From positions 437,674 to 501,673 of the forward strand of contig NW_019091360.1 in the NCBI RefSeq assembly GCF_001949145.1: a stretch of 64,000 nucleotides of DNA, in the 5' to 3' direction. Within the stretch, counting starts at the first letter, position 1, and each line of letters begins with the position of its first letter. Below the pieces are notes generated by a model. That model searched no databases, was not told where the DNA came from, and saw only the letters and a list, made by a program, of their open reading frames with translations. Shown piece after piece: positions 63,146 through 64,000 of the stretch. Both the position numbers and the translations under genes were made by a program. Source of the DNA: Acanthaster planci. Its lineage: Eukaryota.

Positions 63146-63764
63146 CTTTTGGGGAACTTTTTCGGTTGGTAAAAAAAAATGAAGTTGGAATGGGCGGGAA
63201 TCACAAAGAAGTCATTAAATCTGCAGTTCAATATTGAACCCTTGGACCGCGCACCAACTTGCTTCTGCATCCATGTGTTTGGCGGCATGTCAAGATTGGT
63301 GACAATGCTGATATACAAAGCAATCTGCAATGGATGCATGTACATGTATGGTACACACAGTGCATGCATGGTTTTAACCTATCAGACATGCACTTCAGAA
63401 GATACCATGCTTTTACAGGGACACAATGGGCCGGAATCAAATTTGAGTCTATAGGACCACTAGCCTCCTTGCTACAACCATTACACAACACGCTGGTTCT
63501 TTTCACCAAAATGAATCTGCCTGCCAATTTCCAAGAGCATGACAATCACGCTCACATGCTTTCCCGATCACATGGTTGGCACATCACCAAAACAGTGGCC
63601 CCGATACAATGTGGCCCCAATTATATGTGTTGCATGTACAAAGTTCTTACCGCTATGGCTCTGACCGCTACAAGTTGAGTTGCCAGCATTAGCAGTGGAC
63701 GGCACTGTTCTCATTATTGGCACATGCGATGTATGAACAATGTGACAAGCCTAACACCTTGCAT

Positions 63765-64000
63765 GTGGCCCTGTGGTTAGGGTTTGTAGCTTATGATCAT
63801 AGGGTCGGTTTTGTACCCAGCTGGTGGCAGTGTGTTGTGATCCTGGGCAAGTCATTTTACCCCTATGTGCCCCTCTCTACCCAGGAGTAAATAGGTACCC
63901 ATGAGGGCAGACACGGTTATGTTTAGCTGTTTGTGTCTTGTTTGCAATGGAAGCACTGGGCTAGTATACTCCCAAGGGAGCTGAGATGGTTTCCGGAATG
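63765..64000 (+). mobile_element. tRNA-derived CORE-SINE (runs off the window)
   Basis: A-box-like tggccctgtggttag, then CORE-like tgtgatcctgggcaagtcattttacccc..ctctacccaggagtaaataggtacc. Confidence 0.75.

Noticed and set aside
63765..63830. tRNA gene
   Set aside because: No intact cloverleaf or B box, and it is followed by a CORE domain, so it is a SINE head.

Overview
Eukaryotic window from a repeat-rich invertebrate genome; the TE spectrum suggests a marine deuterostome or lophotrochozoan (inference). It contains three N-gaps. The only host gene visible is the 3' end of a caspase-8/10-like gene: two coding exons on + (3645-3916 and 5549-5926), with the catalytic QACQG motif split by the intron. 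The rest is a nested set of decayed mobile elements. Retroelements: three BEL/Pao LTR remnants, a solo LTR, DIRS/Ngaro tyrosine-recombinase elements (one with both termini and its ICR), R4/Dong, CR1 and RTE LINEs, Penelope-like elements with hammerhead motifs, and a CORE-SINE. DNA elements: a Polinton/Maverick (pPolB plus integrase), a P/THAP9 transposon with TIRs and TSD, and many MITEs. Three structures stand out. (1) A BEL LTR that contains both a spliced and an unspliced copy of its own intron junction plus a fold-back of U5, in an element whose 6.9-kb interior is inverted relative to its outer ends. (2) A 5x63-bp array in which each unit would close into a dumbbell, bracketed by two outward-facing hammerhead cores. 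(3) Many local fold-back duplications and TACATGTA motifs that resemble excision footprints. All calls are by eye; no database searches were run.
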